55,500 nucleotides of DNA, filler included, from Malassezia furfur (GCA_052055015.1; 2 parts of 2 records of this genome joined end to end with filler, not necessarily neighbours in it); one strand, 5' to 3'. Positions 1-12,140 are shown, counted from the first letter of the whole stretch. Notes: generated by a model from the sequence alone, not told the origin. Translations and numbers: made by a program.

Positions 1-2
1 GC

Positions 3-905
3 GACGGCCGTGCGCACGCGTGTGCGTGCGACCCGCCGTGGGGCTACGGCACGCTGCGCACCGTACACACCGAGGTCGAGTGGCTCTTCCCGCCGACCGC
101 GCCCGCCGTGCACCTGCCCCGCGCCTCGGAGGGGGCGGCCGGCCGGGCACGTGCGCCGCCCGAGCAAGCACCGAGCGCGCACGCACGCACGCCGCTCGAC
201 CAAGACGCGCTGGCCGCGATGATTGTCGGCGACGTCGACACGGGTGCGGATGCAGCGCTGTTTGCGGACGAGGCGCTGCAGCAGCTGCCCACGCACCTGC
301 GTCGTTCGGTGCCGCGCGTCAAGCTGCCGGCGGTCGCGTCGTGGCGCGCGCCACGAACGCTCTTGCCGACCTATGCCAGCAGCGCGGACGGTGCGCGCGA
401 CACGGGGCTGTTTGAGCCGCGCACACACGGTGTTCCGCTCGTGTCGTTGCCCGACCGCATGCTGCCCGAGGCACCTGTGACCGCGGCGGCCTCCGCAACG
501 TGGGGCGCAGGTACCTTGGGTTTGCCGCTGCTCGACAACGACCACCACCTGAAGCGCGTGTGGTCGTCGTCGGCGCCGCAGAGCGCGGCGCAGCCCAAGA
601 ACTCGCTCGAGGGACTAGTAGACGACACGCTGCCCGAGCCCGTGGCGCTGCACGAGCTGCACGACACGCCGCACTCCTCGACGCACGAGCTCGATGCGAT
701 TGCGGCACCCTTCCAGCCCGCGGCCAAGCGCGACGACGCACAGCCGTGGCCGTACCTCGCGCGCGAGCGCACCAACCCTGCCGCGTACCGAGGCATGCGC
801 CCGCCGTACACCACGACGCACACGATGCCCACGCCGGACCAGAGCGCGATCCACTACATGCTCCCGGCGGACTACTCCGACTTTGTCCTGTCCGACACGT
901 GGTAG
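3..905 (+). CDS. Hypothetical protein, 5'-truncated by the window edge
   Basis: The frame is open from position 3 (DGRAHACACDPPWGYGTLRTVHTEVEWLFPP...) to TAG at 905, with GC3-rich codons. No family recognised. Confidence 0.6.
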   Translation, partial: DGRAHACACDPPWGYGTLRTVHTEVEWLFPPTAPAVHLPRASEGAAGRARAPPEQAPSAHARTPLDQDALAAMIVGDVDTGADAALFADEALQQLPTHLRRSVPRVKLPAVASWRAPRTLLPTYASSADGARDTGLFEPRTHGVPLVSLPDRMLPEAPVTAAASATWGAGTLGLPLLDNDHHLKRVWSSSAPQSAAQPKNSLEGLVDDTLPEPVALHELHDTPHSSTHELDAIAAPFQPAAKRDDAQPWPYLARERTNPAAYRGMRPPYTTTHTMPTPDQSAIHYMLPADYSDFVLSDTW

Positions 906-1001
906 ACACGCCGCGGGGCATGCCCCCCTCGCCCGGGCGTGGACGGCGCACCGTGCCGCGTCGGTCGTCACATAGGTCGTTCGTTGCTTCCTACTCCCTG
1001 C

Positions 1002-2005
1002 CTATCTCCCCCGTGCAAACTGCAGCGCGGGCCCCAGGCGCGCAGCATGCGGTGCTGCCACACGCCCGCCCGCACCCCGCACTGACGTCGCGGCAGGCGT
1101 GGGCGTGCGTGCGTGCGTGCGCCTCCGGTTCCGGCGCGCCAGGTGCGCAAACTCGCCGCCTTCCTGGAACGCGGGGTCGTTCAGGCCGAGCGGGTCGTCG
1201 GGGTCCTTGGCGCGTGGCTTCTTTTGCGTCGCTGGCACGCGCTTCACCGTATCAATCGCACTCGCACGCACGTCGTTCGCGCGCAGGCCCAGCTTGCGCT
1301 TCCGGTAGGCGCGCTCCCGCGCCGACGGCAGCGCACGACTGGGGTCCAACGGCTCGTGTTCCAACGCCGCGTCGACCACATCCACCTCGCGCTCAGGCAC
1401 CAGCGCACGCACAAGCGTCGCCTCGTTCGCGACGCGCACCATCGGCTGTCCATCGCGCCCGCGCGCATACCGCTTCTTGGTCGCGGGCGCCTGCGACGAT
1501 GCAGGGTGCTGCAGCGCCGCACGCGCTTGGGCGTCGCGGTGCGCAAAGGCCGCGGCAAACAGCGCAGGGTCGAGCCGCGACGCAACACGGTTGCTCGATG
1601 ATGCTGAATCCACCGCGTCCTCCTCGTCCTCGTCCTCGTCGGCCTCCTCGTCGGCCTGGACACGTCGAGCGCGCCGGGACGCTTGGGCAGGCTTGGCACG
1701 CCGTTGCTGCGTCTCACGCCGCGCCACATGTTCACTGAATGAGATCAAACCACGTACCGAGCCCTGCGCTTCTGTTCTGCCGAGGCGTTCGCGCGCGCCG
1801 CTTGCCGGGTCGACTGCGTCGTGATTTCTTCTACCTCAGACCCCGAGTCGGATTCGGGCTCGTCATCACTCGCGGCAGCCGAGGAGGGCGCAGCATCGAC
1901 CCCTTCGTCCGAGTCCGTAGACACGAAAGCGCCGGGATCCTCTCCGAACTCCTCCTCCTCCAAGTCAAACGTCTTATGTGCACCAGTCGACTTGGGTGCC
2001 GGCAT
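1002..2005 (-). CDS. Acidic/basic low-complexity protein, possibly U3 snoRNA-associated (Bud21/Utp16-like); 2 exons
   Basis: ATG at 2005 (MPAPKSTGAHKTFD..SDDEPESDSGSEVEEI). A 23-nt intron at 1735-1757 (GTACGT..CTCAT..CAG) joins ORF 1745..2098 to ORF 1002..1748. The family guess rests only on the SDDE..EE motif followed by a charged helix. Confidence 0.6.
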
Positions 2006-2042
2006 CGTGGCGAGGCGACAAATTTTTGCGATCGGGCGCCCG

Positions 2043-2940
2043 ATGGACGCACGTCCGATGGTCGTCATGCAGCCAACACTCACCGAGGTGTTTGGCACGT
2101 ACCGGGACGAAATCGATGTTTTTGTACGTGCATCATGCTCACCAGAATGATAAACGCGAGCGTTTGATCAAGACCTCACGCGACGTCACGTCGCTCTCGA
2201 AAAAACTTATTTTTCACCTGCATCGTTTCTCTGTCGCGGCCGGATGGCCCGTCGCGGCTCGCGATACCAAAAATGCAAAGTTATTTGACGACGCACACGC
2301 GAAACTACAAGATATATATGCAATCCTGCGTACATGCGCCGAAACGGAGCAGCTACAGAGCGAGACACGGGTGTCAAGCCCGACCATGCTCCGCTTCGAG
2401 CGGTTCATCGGCGCGTCGCTAGAGGAGATGGTACGCCCACGCACACTCACTCAGATTGAGGCCGCTACGTTTCTGTATTTCCTCGAACACGACGCCCTGA
2501 TGCCGCTAGACGCAATTCAGGCGCCTCTCCGCAGCGACGCTCACTCACTGGTAGGTCTTTCCCCGCCCTGACGCGACCAGCTGCTGTGCATCACACCTGA
2601 GCGGTATCTACTGGGGCTTTCGGACCTCACCGGCGAGTTGATGCGGTTTGCCATCAACTCGGTCGGTAGTCCCGATGCACCCGCCATCCTCGAGCGCGTT
2701 GTGGGGATGCAGCGGGCCATCTACGACGGTACGAAGAACTGCCTTACACCAGCCCTCGAACCGCTTGCGCCCTTTCAAAATGAGATCCGGAAAAAGCAGC
2801 AGGTTTCGCTTACATCATTACGAAAGGTTGAGGATGCTGCCTATACGCTGCGCGTGCGCAGCTCCGAATACTCCGACCCGGCGATGGTCCAAGAGATGGT
2901 CCGTCGGGCGTTGCAGTCCACCGAGCCGGAAGAGTCGTAG
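2043..2940 (+). CDS. TSNAX: Translin-associated factor X (TRAX), translin family; 5 exons
   Basis: The spliced product has the translin/TRAX motifs YRDEIDVF|NDKRERLIKTSRDVT, SLEEM|IEAATF and YLLGLSDLTGELMRFAIN. Introns at 2124-2145, 2431-2454, 2551-2580 and 2729-2752. The start could instead be 2058 or 2067. Confidence 0.88.
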
Positions 2941-2946
2941 CAATGT

Positions 2947-3203
2947 TTAGAACACGGGAGCCAACATCCAGCCAGCCTTCCGCATGAACAGCACACCCAG
3001 ACCGAAGAAGGCGACGCTCCAGCCGACAGCAACGTTGCTCCAGAACTTGGCGGGGTTCGTGATCTCCTCACGCCACCAGCGCACGAGCCACGAAGGCTGA
3101 GGCTGCTGCGGGCGACGCGACGGGTTGTTCAGGAAGCCTTGCTGGGCAGAGCTGGGATGAGCCGCATTTCCACCTACAGATACGATCCACCTTTCTGCGA
3201 CAT
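2947..3203 (-). CDS. Small tail-anchored protein, Tom6-like TOM complex subunit; 2 exons
   Basis: ATG at 3203 and a 26-nt intron at 3152-3177 give 76 aa ending in EITNPAKFWSNVAVGWSVAFFGLGVLFMRKAGWMLAPVF, a single C-terminal TM segment resembling fungal Tom6. Confidence 0.55.
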
Positions 3204-3274
3204 GGTGTGGCGACACGAGAAGAAATGGTCACGTGCGTGCACCCGCTGGTGTGTGCGCTACGCTGTGGGCCAAC

Positions 3275-6045
3275 ATGTCCGGGGGAGAGACACGGTTCGA
3301 GGTCCCTCGCTACGCGCTCGAGGAGCTACGTGCGGAGCCACAGCGGCTCATGCACTACCTTCATGCCCCTAATACACAAGATACGGAGCGCAACGCGTAC
3401 ACTTCAGCGGACTTGCGTCTCTTGCCCCTCTTCGACGAGCGCGCGGAGCATCCCGACCGCAAGGCGGCGGTCGAGCACGCCAACCATGCAAACCACGAAG
3501 CCCTCCAGGCGCTTCAAAATGTCGAAACAAACCTCCGTACGATCCTTTCTTCCGTGCTCCGCGAAGATTACAACGACGACGACTTGGCCGAGCCGCTGCA
3601 GCACTTGGCTGAGCAGCTGCAGGTGCCGACGTCCAGTGCCGCCGCCCAGCAGCGTAAGGGAGCAGATGACGTGGACAATGAGGCGCTAGAGCAACTCTAC
3701 ATTGCGCGCAACTGCACACAGCTCCTCGCCGAGGCGGACGAGGTAGAAGCCCAGGCGATGGCGCGTACGGATGACGTGCAGACTCAAATGAATGCACTGC
3801 AGCGGCTCACGACGCTGGTAGATGGTGTCTCGCTAAGCTACCACAAGGACGGGCTCCAATTTCCGAAGCGTGCACGCGAGGAGCTTGTCCGCCGTCGCGA
3901 TGCGTTGTACGGCCAGTTGGAGCAGCGTTACCACACAGCTTTGCGGGAAGCTTTGCAAGCCATGCAGTGGCCACCGCCAGAGCTCGAGAACCCCGATGCG
4001 ACCAAGAAACGCGATACAAAGCCCGTGCGCATCCTGGGCAATGCGCAATTGGAGGGCGCCTGGTCCGACGTCTGTGAGCTCCAGTTAACCGGCGCAGAGC
4101 TAGGGCTATGCGGTGTACCTAGTTGCGTCAAGTCGCTGCCTTTGGTCTCTACGAGTGAGATTCCTCGGAGCGCGCCTGTCCAGCCTGGCTCTGATGCCTA
4201 CGTGCCTCTCATCGCGGCGACCATTCTTTTCCAGCCGATCCTACTGCGGTTCCGCTACCACTTCGACAGTGACCGTTCTACCAACCGACTCGACAAGCCC
4301 GAGTGGTTTTTGCGGCATATGCTTGCGCTTGTACAGATGAACAGCGAGCTTTTCGCACCGGCACCAGATGCATGGCACCCGGGCGGCCAAATCGCCGAAC
4401 TCTCGCGCCTTCGCAGGCCCGCCTCGCCGAACTTGCCATTCCGCAAGCGTCACATCCTGGCGGACACAGCTGCTGAACTGCTCCACAATGCGCTGTACCC
4501 GCTGCGCAAGAAGATTCACGCCTCGATGCCGTTGCTCGTTTCCGAGCCGGCCTTATTGGCACACAGCATCTTCCAATACCTCACCTTCGATGCCGATCTG
4601 CGCGAAGTGTATCGTCCTGCTTTGTTGGCAGCCGATGGGCAGGGCGCTGTACGACTTGCGGATGATGTGCTAGGCAACGATACCTGGTTTAAGCAATGGC
4701 TCGATGGCGAGCGTGTATTCGCACAACGTCGATTTGACGCGGTGTTGGAATCACCCACGGCATGGACTTTGGTGCAAGCAGACACGCTCACGAACGAAAA
4801 CGATCCCAGCCTCGATGCAGTCGCGGGTCCGACCAGGGATTCGGACGCTGCAGCGGATGCACTGACCACCACCTTGTCCGCCTGCACGTTGACCAACATC
4901 CTAGCCGGTGTCACTGAGCGCTACCAGCCGCTCCATTCGCTTGCCCAGCAATGTGCCTTTGTCATCCATGTGCAACGGCCGCTTTTGTCGCAGTTTGAGG
5001 TGCGCCTTTCACGACACATGGATGCCATGGAAGCCATGAGCAGCATCTTTTCGCGTGCCATCCCTGGCGAAATTGGATCTCTGGATGCCTCATCCAACAA
5101 TGAAGAGGTGCGAGGGACTAAGGGTATCACCCGTGCAATGAAAGCGCTTCTTTCGGCAGAGTTTGTGCGCCAGCAGCTCGAAGAGTGGTCCGAGACGTCT
5201 TTCTTCCTGGACATGAATGAAAACATCGCGTCACTGGACAAATCGTCTACTTTGTACAGATTGATGTTGCCTTCCCAATCGCAGCATGAATTGGACTCGG
5301 CCAGTCTTATCTTGGCCATGAAGCGGGGACTACAACGAGGTGCTCATGTGGCAGCTAACTTGCGGCCCTTGGCCTCTTCGGGCTCCGAGGAGAACGAGTC
5401 CGGTATGACTGCTCCACCGGACAAGCAAGCTTGGGGCGTTTGGGATAAATCACAAGTGCAGTTCCAAGACATTGTCGATCGGTCAAAACGTGCTTTGGAG
5501 CGTTTGGTCGTAACCGAGGTACTGGAATCCCTGCGTCCTTACATTCAACGGTATGTTAACTCACTGACATGCAGTCGATGGGATCGCGACCAAACCCCGG
5601 AGGTGAACACAACGGAAGAGGAAAAACAAGACGAAGACGTTTCGCAGGGTCTCAACGTACCAAGCAAAGAGCTCCTGCCAGCGTTGGCCAAACTTTCTAT
5701 GCTTTTGTCCCATCTGGTGAAATTGTGCCCTCCTCGACTTCTCCTACCATTATACCGGAAAATCGCGGGGTCGCTGAGCAAAGCAGTCATCGAGAAAGTA
5801 CTGATGCCAAGTACGTTGTCATCCTTTCTGACCTTGCAGATGTTCGCCTATCACAACAATTTGCGCCAGGGCAAGCCAAGCGATTCCAGCTGGATGTCCA
5901 ACAGGGGTGGCTCCATGTTGTCAAGGAGTTGTCTGAGCTGCCTCAAGTGACGAGCCGACGTGCTAGACATGAGCCGACGGGCCTCGGCAATAACCCGGAA
6001 TCCGCTTGGAGACTGTTAACCGACGCCAGCCAGCAGGTGTCATAG
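3275..6045 (+). CDS. TIP20: RINT-1/Tip20 family Dsl1 tethering complex subunit; 3 exons
   Basis: Family motif RFRYHFDSDRSTNRLDKPEWF. Introns at 5551-5574 (24 nt, in frame) and 5811-5839 (29 nt) lead into the C-terminal QFAPGQAKRFQLDV. Confidence 0.88.
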
Positions 6046-6165
6046 TTATATATCTGATATCTCATGTCCTATTGCATTCCTTACCGAGGTAGTTTTACCT
6101 TGTATTCCTCGAAAGATGCACTCCACAGTCAATGCATACATGTTTTACAAATAAAACAAAAAAAG

Positions 6166-6250
6166 CTTCCGCGCCGGGAATTGAACCCGGGTCTGGTCCG
6201 AACCAAGTCGTAATGACAAGGACCCGTCATAGCCACTAAACTACGCAGAA
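6166..6250 (-). tRNA. tRNA-Asp(GTC) with a 13-nt intron (6201-6213)
   Basis: Acceptor stem TTCTGCG/CGCGGAA, anticodon stem GGTCC/GGACC, loop TT-GTC-A^C, T arm CCGGG-TTCAATT-CCCGG, discriminator G, and a T7 Pol III terminator downstream. Confidence 0.95.
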
Positions 6251-6460
6251 TGCTCTTGGAACGGGGGAATACTTTGAGATATATAATTCCTTTTGAAGAC
6301 CTCACTTCCTCAATCTGGCCGTCTCGGTATCTAGAAGCCGAAGATGTCGCGAATCTCACTAGGGTATAGAGCACCCAGTCTAATGACATTCCATAATTAC
6401 ACTCTGTTTTAATGCTATGCCCACGAGTATTAAGCCGAACGCTTGGATATATTTTCACAA

Positions 6461-6482
6461 CACACACACACACACACACACA
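6461..6482. repeat. (CA)11 microsatellite
   Basis: Read directly from the sequence. Confidence 0.95.
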
Positions 6483-6580
6483 AACTACAATTTCTTCATG
6501 ATTACCGCAGTACACCAGCTGGCAACGGGTCAAGTGCACATGATTATGTTGGCATAATCCCGAAGCGACATGTATCCAGG

Positions 6581-6665
6581 AGCTCGGTGGTGCAGTGGAT
6601 AGCATGTGGGGCTCATATTAATATGCGGCACCCCAAGGTCGACGGATCGAAACCGTCCTGAGCTA
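6581..6665 (+). tRNA. Initiator tRNA-Met(CAT) with a 12-nt intron (6618-6629)
   Basis: A1:T72 pair (AGCTCGG/CTGAGCT), GGG/CCC anticodon stem, and a T loop ATCGAAA with the A54/A60 eukaryotic initiator hallmarks. A T6 terminator follows. Confidence 0.93.
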
Positions 6666-6741
6666 CATTTTTTGAACAGGAAAAGCTCGTCACATAATGT
6701 GGAGATTGGGGAACAATTTTTTTTTAATGACAGATAGATAT

Positions 6742-8230
6742 TTACGGCATGCTATTTCCAGTGCGTATGGAAGGTGAAACACAAGGGTATCGATAATCTC
6801 CGAATGGAAGTTTGCGCGCGAGTTCATACAGACGGTCCTCGTCTTTAGTTGGGTCGTCGAATTGCAAAATGGAAATGTCATCGGGTTGATTATCATTGTG
6901 TGGATTCTCCATATAAGATGGGAACCGGGATTGTTGATTTAGTTGCGTTCTCTCGTTAGCATCTTGCGTTTGCATGTTATGGTTCACATCATGAGTGCTT
7001 CGTGGCTTTGATGAGCGTTGAACCCAATATTTCCCCTTCCCTTGATCAACGTAGCGCAGACCTGCTCGGCTTCGTCGACTCAATGCGCGCGATTGATACA
7101 CCGTGGTGTCATTGGGCTCGACAGCTTCATAAGTATAATCTGTTCCCCGAAATGTAGAGATGGTATCCGAAATAATGTCACCAATTTCGAAACTGTCCCG
7201 CAGCGCATACAAGAATGGCATACGACCGGCGAGTTTGTAAGGAGGTTGAATGAAATCGAAATAGGAGAATGCATAGGCATGCCCCACAGCGAAGAATGGC
7301 ATCTCTAGGCAAATGAGAGCATCCTGCAAAGCGGCTGAGAGATAAATGTCATCTTGGACCGAGCCAACTGGAAGTCAGTCACTTGCGTTCTGGAAAACGT
7401 ACTGTGTCGGATAATGCCAGCAGCAACAAGAATGGAGATAGTAAGACCTTGCCAGAAACTGAAGAAGATTACGCCCTTGACACACATAAACTTGCCGGCG
7501 ACGTGGAACGGCTTTAGTTCAGAGCGGAGACACATCCAAAAGAGGGTCAGAGAATACAATGCAATGAACACCGAGACATCTAGGGTTAGTAGAGCATGGT
7601 GCGTACTGTAAAGTAATGAGATCCAAGTGTAGCCATTCTCCAAGCCCAACCGACCATCTTCATATTTGCCAATAAACTTCAGAATTACAGTAGCAATGGC
7701 CAAGATAGGTTTGAATTGGACGTATTCTGGAAGTTAGGAGTTTGACGCACGTTGGACGCCACGCTTAACCCAAAGGAAAACGTAAGGGTCGCTCAAATCC
7801 GCCGGCGCCAAGAACAGGCTAAGTGGAAAGATATGAGGCGTAGGATTCCTTCCGCGAAGCATGGTCAAGATTTCACTCTCGCCTGAGAGATATTCCACCA
7901 GCAAGTTGAAAAAGCAGTAGATTACAAAGGCTTCGTACAGATCGCGAACCAAACCGATCATCTCGGCAAGTTGAAGGGAATAGAGCGAAATAGCCGAAGT
8001 AATAGCATATAATAGGGGCCTGGGTGGTCAGTACTCTCTTATATGTGCACGTACATAACAAGAATGCGAACGACATATCGTTGGAGAAAGGGCTTGTAGT
8101 AATGTTTTAATTGCAGCCAGATAGAATATGAGGAGTAAACGGTGGTAAACAGCGTGGCACAGGTGCACAGGAGAAGCAGACGGATAGGAAGAGACCTACC
8201 CGACCCTTCGTCTCTGTCACTAATAAACAT
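6742..8230 (-). CDS. TMEM184/organic solute transporter-alpha (DUF300, Hfl1-like) membrane protein; 5 exons
   Basis: Family motifs LQRYVVRILVM|PLLYAI, RDLYEAFVIYCFF, QYVQFKP, KFMCVKGVIFFSFWQG and QDALICLEM. Introns at 8020-8054, 7727-7750, 7580-7606 and 7368-7402. Confidence 0.9.
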
Positions 8231-8537
8231 GGCGAGGTATGCGCGTACAACACTCTTCACACTCGCGTGTTACAAACTGTCCGCGTCTGCTGTTGTGTGG
8301 AGAACAGTCCAATTTCTGCCCGGATATATGAAAGCATGCCAAATTGTATGGGCAACAGGTCATGTAGCAAGACTCCGCCAACCATCAAAGTGACAGCTAA
8401 GACCATTACAGCATGCCCTTGCAGAGGCTGACTCTCGACACTCAACCGATCGTTGATCCATCTTTTCATACAGGGTCAAATATGGAATGCTACGTCAAGG
8501 CGAGGTAACACGACATGTAAACGCGCAATCAAGGCGT

Positions 8538-9063
8538 TTAGTGCGTCTTCTTCACGCTGGCGGTGTCCCATGCCTCGCGCTCGTCGTCAGCACGCTGGAT
8601 CTCCTTGAGAAGAGGAGTCAAATAGCGAATGTCCTAGGGTCAGCTTTGTATAGAATGACATACGTTCTCAGGGGTGGTCCACTCCTCCTTGGCAAGCGGG
8701 CGCTGCAAGATGGAGCACTGCACCGCGCGCCGGAAGCGGTAGACACGGTCGTATGCCTCGCGCGACTCGAGACGAGAAATGGCCTACACGTTAGTCGTGC
8801 TCTTTCGCGCGCCAACCAAAGCGCGCATATCAAGCAGATACGAACCTTCTGTGCTTGCGCGTTCTCCTCCTCCAGCAGATCATCGTAGCGGAGACCAAAC
8901 TGGCGGTAGCCAGCAGTCTGAGCGTACGCGTTCGCGACCGGCTTGAAGAACTTCAGGAGCGTCGGGGACGACTGGATGTACTTCGCGAACGAAATGGACT
9001 TCTGCAGCAGGTAAATACGGTTAGCATCAACCCAAAAGATCGCAAACAACGTACCGAGGCCAT
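8538..9063 (-). CDS. QCR7: Cytochrome bc1 complex subunit 7; 4 exons
   Basis: Spliced product reads AGYRQFGLRYDDLLEEEN..AISRLESREAYDRVYRFRRAVQCS..LAKEEWTTPEN|DIRYLTPLL. Introns at 9002-9054, 8784-8845 and 8634-8663. Confidence 0.93.
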
Positions 9064-9221
9064 GGTTTAAATTACGCCAGCACCGTAGCCAGGTGGAAGA
9101 TGATTGAAAATAGCTGTAATGCCAATGAATCCGGTCTGTCCCGCGCCGGTGATTACCAACTCGTATTCACGTGACATCACTGCCGCCTCGCCTCCACCTT
9201 CGTGCCGTCAGACCCGGTGGA

Positions 9222-10903
9222 ATGTCAGGCCATGCACGTCCCAGGACAATTGCGGTGCTGGGCGGAGGCATATCTGGCCTTTCTGCGGCATACTCTTTGT
9301 CCAAGTCTCTTGTAAACCATCGGATTATTGTCCTTGAAGCGGGATCTCGGCTAGGTGGCTGGGTACACAGTGAACGAGTTCGTGTGCACGAACCACCTAT
9401 CCAACAAGACGCCACGGCGTTGTTGGAATCGGGTCCTCGGAGCCTTATGCCAGGTAAATACAAAGGGATGCGCACAGTGGAAATGGTGCGTAGTAAGACA
9501 AGCTTATGCAGCTCGCAAATTTGGGGCTTACTGACCGCATGGTGCTCGTTCCCCGCACGTCCAAATCTGCCAAGAACCGTTTTCTACATTATGGTGGAAA
9601 ACTGAACCGTTTGCCGTCCTCTTTATTCGGGGCAATTAGTGCCGCGGTGCGCCTTCCAGTGATACGAGAAACGCTGTCTGGGGTGGTTCGCGAGCCATGG
9701 GTGCCGCGGAAAGCAGCAGCAGATGAGGACGAATCCGTACACTCGCTTGTCTCACGTCGTTTTGGTCAGCCGCTCGCAGACAATCTGGTATCTGCTATGA
9801 TGCATGGAATCTATGCAGGAGACTCGCGCGAATTAAGTGCGCAAAGCATCTTGCCCTTCCTCTGCGACTTGGAAGAAATGCACGGAAGTGTACTGCGTGC
9901 ATTGATGCCCTTCCCCTCGAAGCTGAACAAGAGATTCAAACAAGGAACGAAGAGTCGTTCTGCGGAAGACAAATACAAGGTTCTCGAGGTTTCTAAACGA
10001 ATGGACCCCCAGTTCGTGGAAAAAATGCGCAAGACCAGCATCTATTCTTTCCCTAATGGGCTGCAAGAGATTATTGACGCATTGAGCGACCATGTCATGG
10101 CGACAAAAAATACGGAAGTTCGGCTGGCATCAGCTTGTACACAAATTGAACCCAATGCGGATGGGTTTGCGTTGGGTGTACAAAACGAAGTATGTAAACT
10201 TCAGGTCGACCGTGTCGTGGCTGCGCTTCCAAGTGCCAAGCTTGCCCCACTGTTGCCTGATTTGCCGCACCTTGGACACAATCCAGCAGCTACATTGAGT
10301 GTGGTGGATGTCATCTTGGCACCCCCTGATGGGTCTGCCATGCAGTACAAATTGCCCATCGAAGGCTTTGGGTTTCTGGTGCCTCGCAGCGCCAAACATA
10401 ACCCCGATGAGATCCTTGGTGTCGTGCTGGACAGCGACGCTGTCCCAAACCAAGGGAAACTTGATACAAACAAGAATCCACCATTTATCAAGATGACTGT
10501 CATGATGGGAGGGCCATATTGGCGTGGAAAGAAGCACGGCGAGCTTTCAACGGTCAAGGACGTGGAGGAGCGAGCGCTGCGTACTCTCCACAACATGCTT
10601 GGGATTCCTACATCTATCCTTGAAACACATGTGCGATACCTCTCCGGGCACATTTTAAAAGACACCATTCCACAATATCTCGTCGGACATCCCAAGCGGA
10701 TGCAAGAACTACACGATACACTTGTTTCTGATCCTCGATGGCAGAACCGGCTTACCCTCCTAGGCTTCAGCTATGCGGGTGTCGGGATCAACGATTGTGT
10801 TGCCAATGCGCTAGATGCCAGCGATGCCATTATACAGCAAGAACTCGGCATACGCGGCAGTGATTCGGCGAGCGTCGGGACAGGATTGAGTATGGCAATG
10901 TGA
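9222..10903 (+). CDS. HEM14: Protoporphyrinogen oxidase; 2 exons
   Basis: FAD-binding IAVLGGGISGLSAAY, plus LESGPRSL, GIYAGD, GFGFLVP, IPQYLVGH and GVGINDC. A 26-nt intron lies at 9486-9511. Confidence 0.93.
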
Positions 10904-10985
10904 TATAAAAATGTTTCCGGTGAAACCCTGTTATTTACCAGTCTTATGTACGATAGGTGCTGAAGGGCATGTGTATCGTGTGCAT

Positions 10986-12011
10986 TTATTCCTTGAAGAA
11001 GCTAAGCAGGTCCTGCACGTCTTCCTTAGAACCGAGGAAGATGGGGCAGCGCTCGTGGATGCTCGTGGGCTCAACGTCCAGCACACGCTTCTCACCCGTC
11101 GTGGCGAGACCGCCCGCCTGCTCGGCAAGGAAGGCCATAGGGAAGGCCTCGTAGAGCATACGGAGCTTGCCCTTGGTCGACTTCTTGTCCGCAGGGTAGC
11201 AGAAAATGCCACCGTAAAGGAGCGTGCGGTGTACATCAGCAACCATAGAACCGATGTAACGCGCCGAGTACGGCTTCTTGGGCGGCTCAGGGAACTTGAT
11301 CGACTCGAGGTACTTGGTGATAGGAGGGTGGTAGTACATAGCATTACCCTCGTTAATCGAGTAGATTTGGCCGCGAGATGGAATCTGGATCTTGGGGTGT
11401 GTCAAGATAAACTCGCCAATGCTGTTGTCCAGCGTGAAACCGTCGACACCAGTGCCCGTCGAGAGTACAATGTTGGCCGAAGAACCATACATGCAGTAGC
11501 CGGCAGCCACCATCTCGCGGCCAGGGCGCAGCACATCCTTGATCGAGCCGGACGAGCCCGGCTGAACCTGGTAGATGCCGAAAATGGTACCAACGTTGAC
11601 ACCAGCATCAATGTTGCTCGAACCATCCAACGGGTCGAAAACAAGGCAGTACTTGCCAGTCTCAGCGGAGCGGCGATCAGAGACAATGATCGCCTCCTCC
11701 TCCTCCTCTGACACGAGCACGGCCGACTGACCCGAAGCGACCAAAGCATTGACCATGACTTCGTTGGAGATCACGTCAAGTTTCTTTTGGTCTTCACCTT
11801 GCACGTTCTGCGCGCCAGCCACACCGGTCATGTTGTTCAGACGCGCTTTCCGGACAAGATTCTCAATGACCTTGCATGTAGTCTGCAACGAGTTCAGCAG
11901 AAGCGTGAATTCGCCAGTGACCTGCTTTTGGTTCGCCATCTTGAACCCTTCGTTCAGCACATGACGCGAAAGCGTAATAATGTCCGTCTCCGGCGGTTGG
12001 AAGTCACCCAT
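10986..12011 (-). CDS. FBP1: Fructose-1,6-bisphosphatase
   Basis: Motifs NVQGEDQKKLDV, FDPLDGSSNID, SARYIGSMVADVHRTLLYGG and GKLRMLYE. The likely start is MGDFQ at 12011. Confidence 0.97.
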   Translation of the reverse strand: MGDFQPPETDIITLSRHVLNEGFKMANQKQVTGEFTLLLNSLQTTCKVIENLVRKARLNNMTGVAGAQNVQGEDQKKLDVISNEVMVNALVASGQSAVLVSEEEEEAIIVSDRRSAETGKYCLVFDPLDGSSNIDAGVNVGTIFGIYQVQPGSSGSIKDVLRPGREMVAAGYCMYGSSANIVLSTGTGVDGFTLDNSIGEFILTHPKIQIPSRGQIYSINEGNAMYYHPPITKYLESIKFPEPPKKPYSARYIGSMVADVHRTLLYGGIFCYPADKKSTKGKLRMLYEAFPMAFLAEQAGGLATTGEKRVLDVEPTSIHERCPIFLGSKEDVQDLLSFFKE

Positions 12012-12125
12012 TTTGTGTAAGTTAGGAAGAAACCCCGGACGGCAATGACAGGGACCCTTTTCCCGGTCCCGGCAGGCCAATGCGAGATAATCCAATGTCC
12101 ACCAAGCACGCGGCATTTCCCGAAA

Positions 12126-12140
12126 CGGAGAAATCCGGGG
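12126..12140. promoter_or_regulatory. Candidate CCG-N7-CCG (AcuK/AcuM-type) site overlapping an SYGGRG (CreA/Mig1-type) site upstream of FBP1
   Basis: The sequence CGG-AGAAATC-CGG-GG lies about 115 bp upstream of the FBP1 ATG. This is a motif match only. Confidence 0.4.

Noticed and set aside
6495..6566. Possible box C/D snoRNA: two CATGATTA repeats and a GATTATG-TTGG-CATAATC hairpin upstream of tRNAi-Met
   Set aside because: There is no canonical CTGA D box and no rRNA-complementary guide that I can recognise. A snoscan run would be needed.
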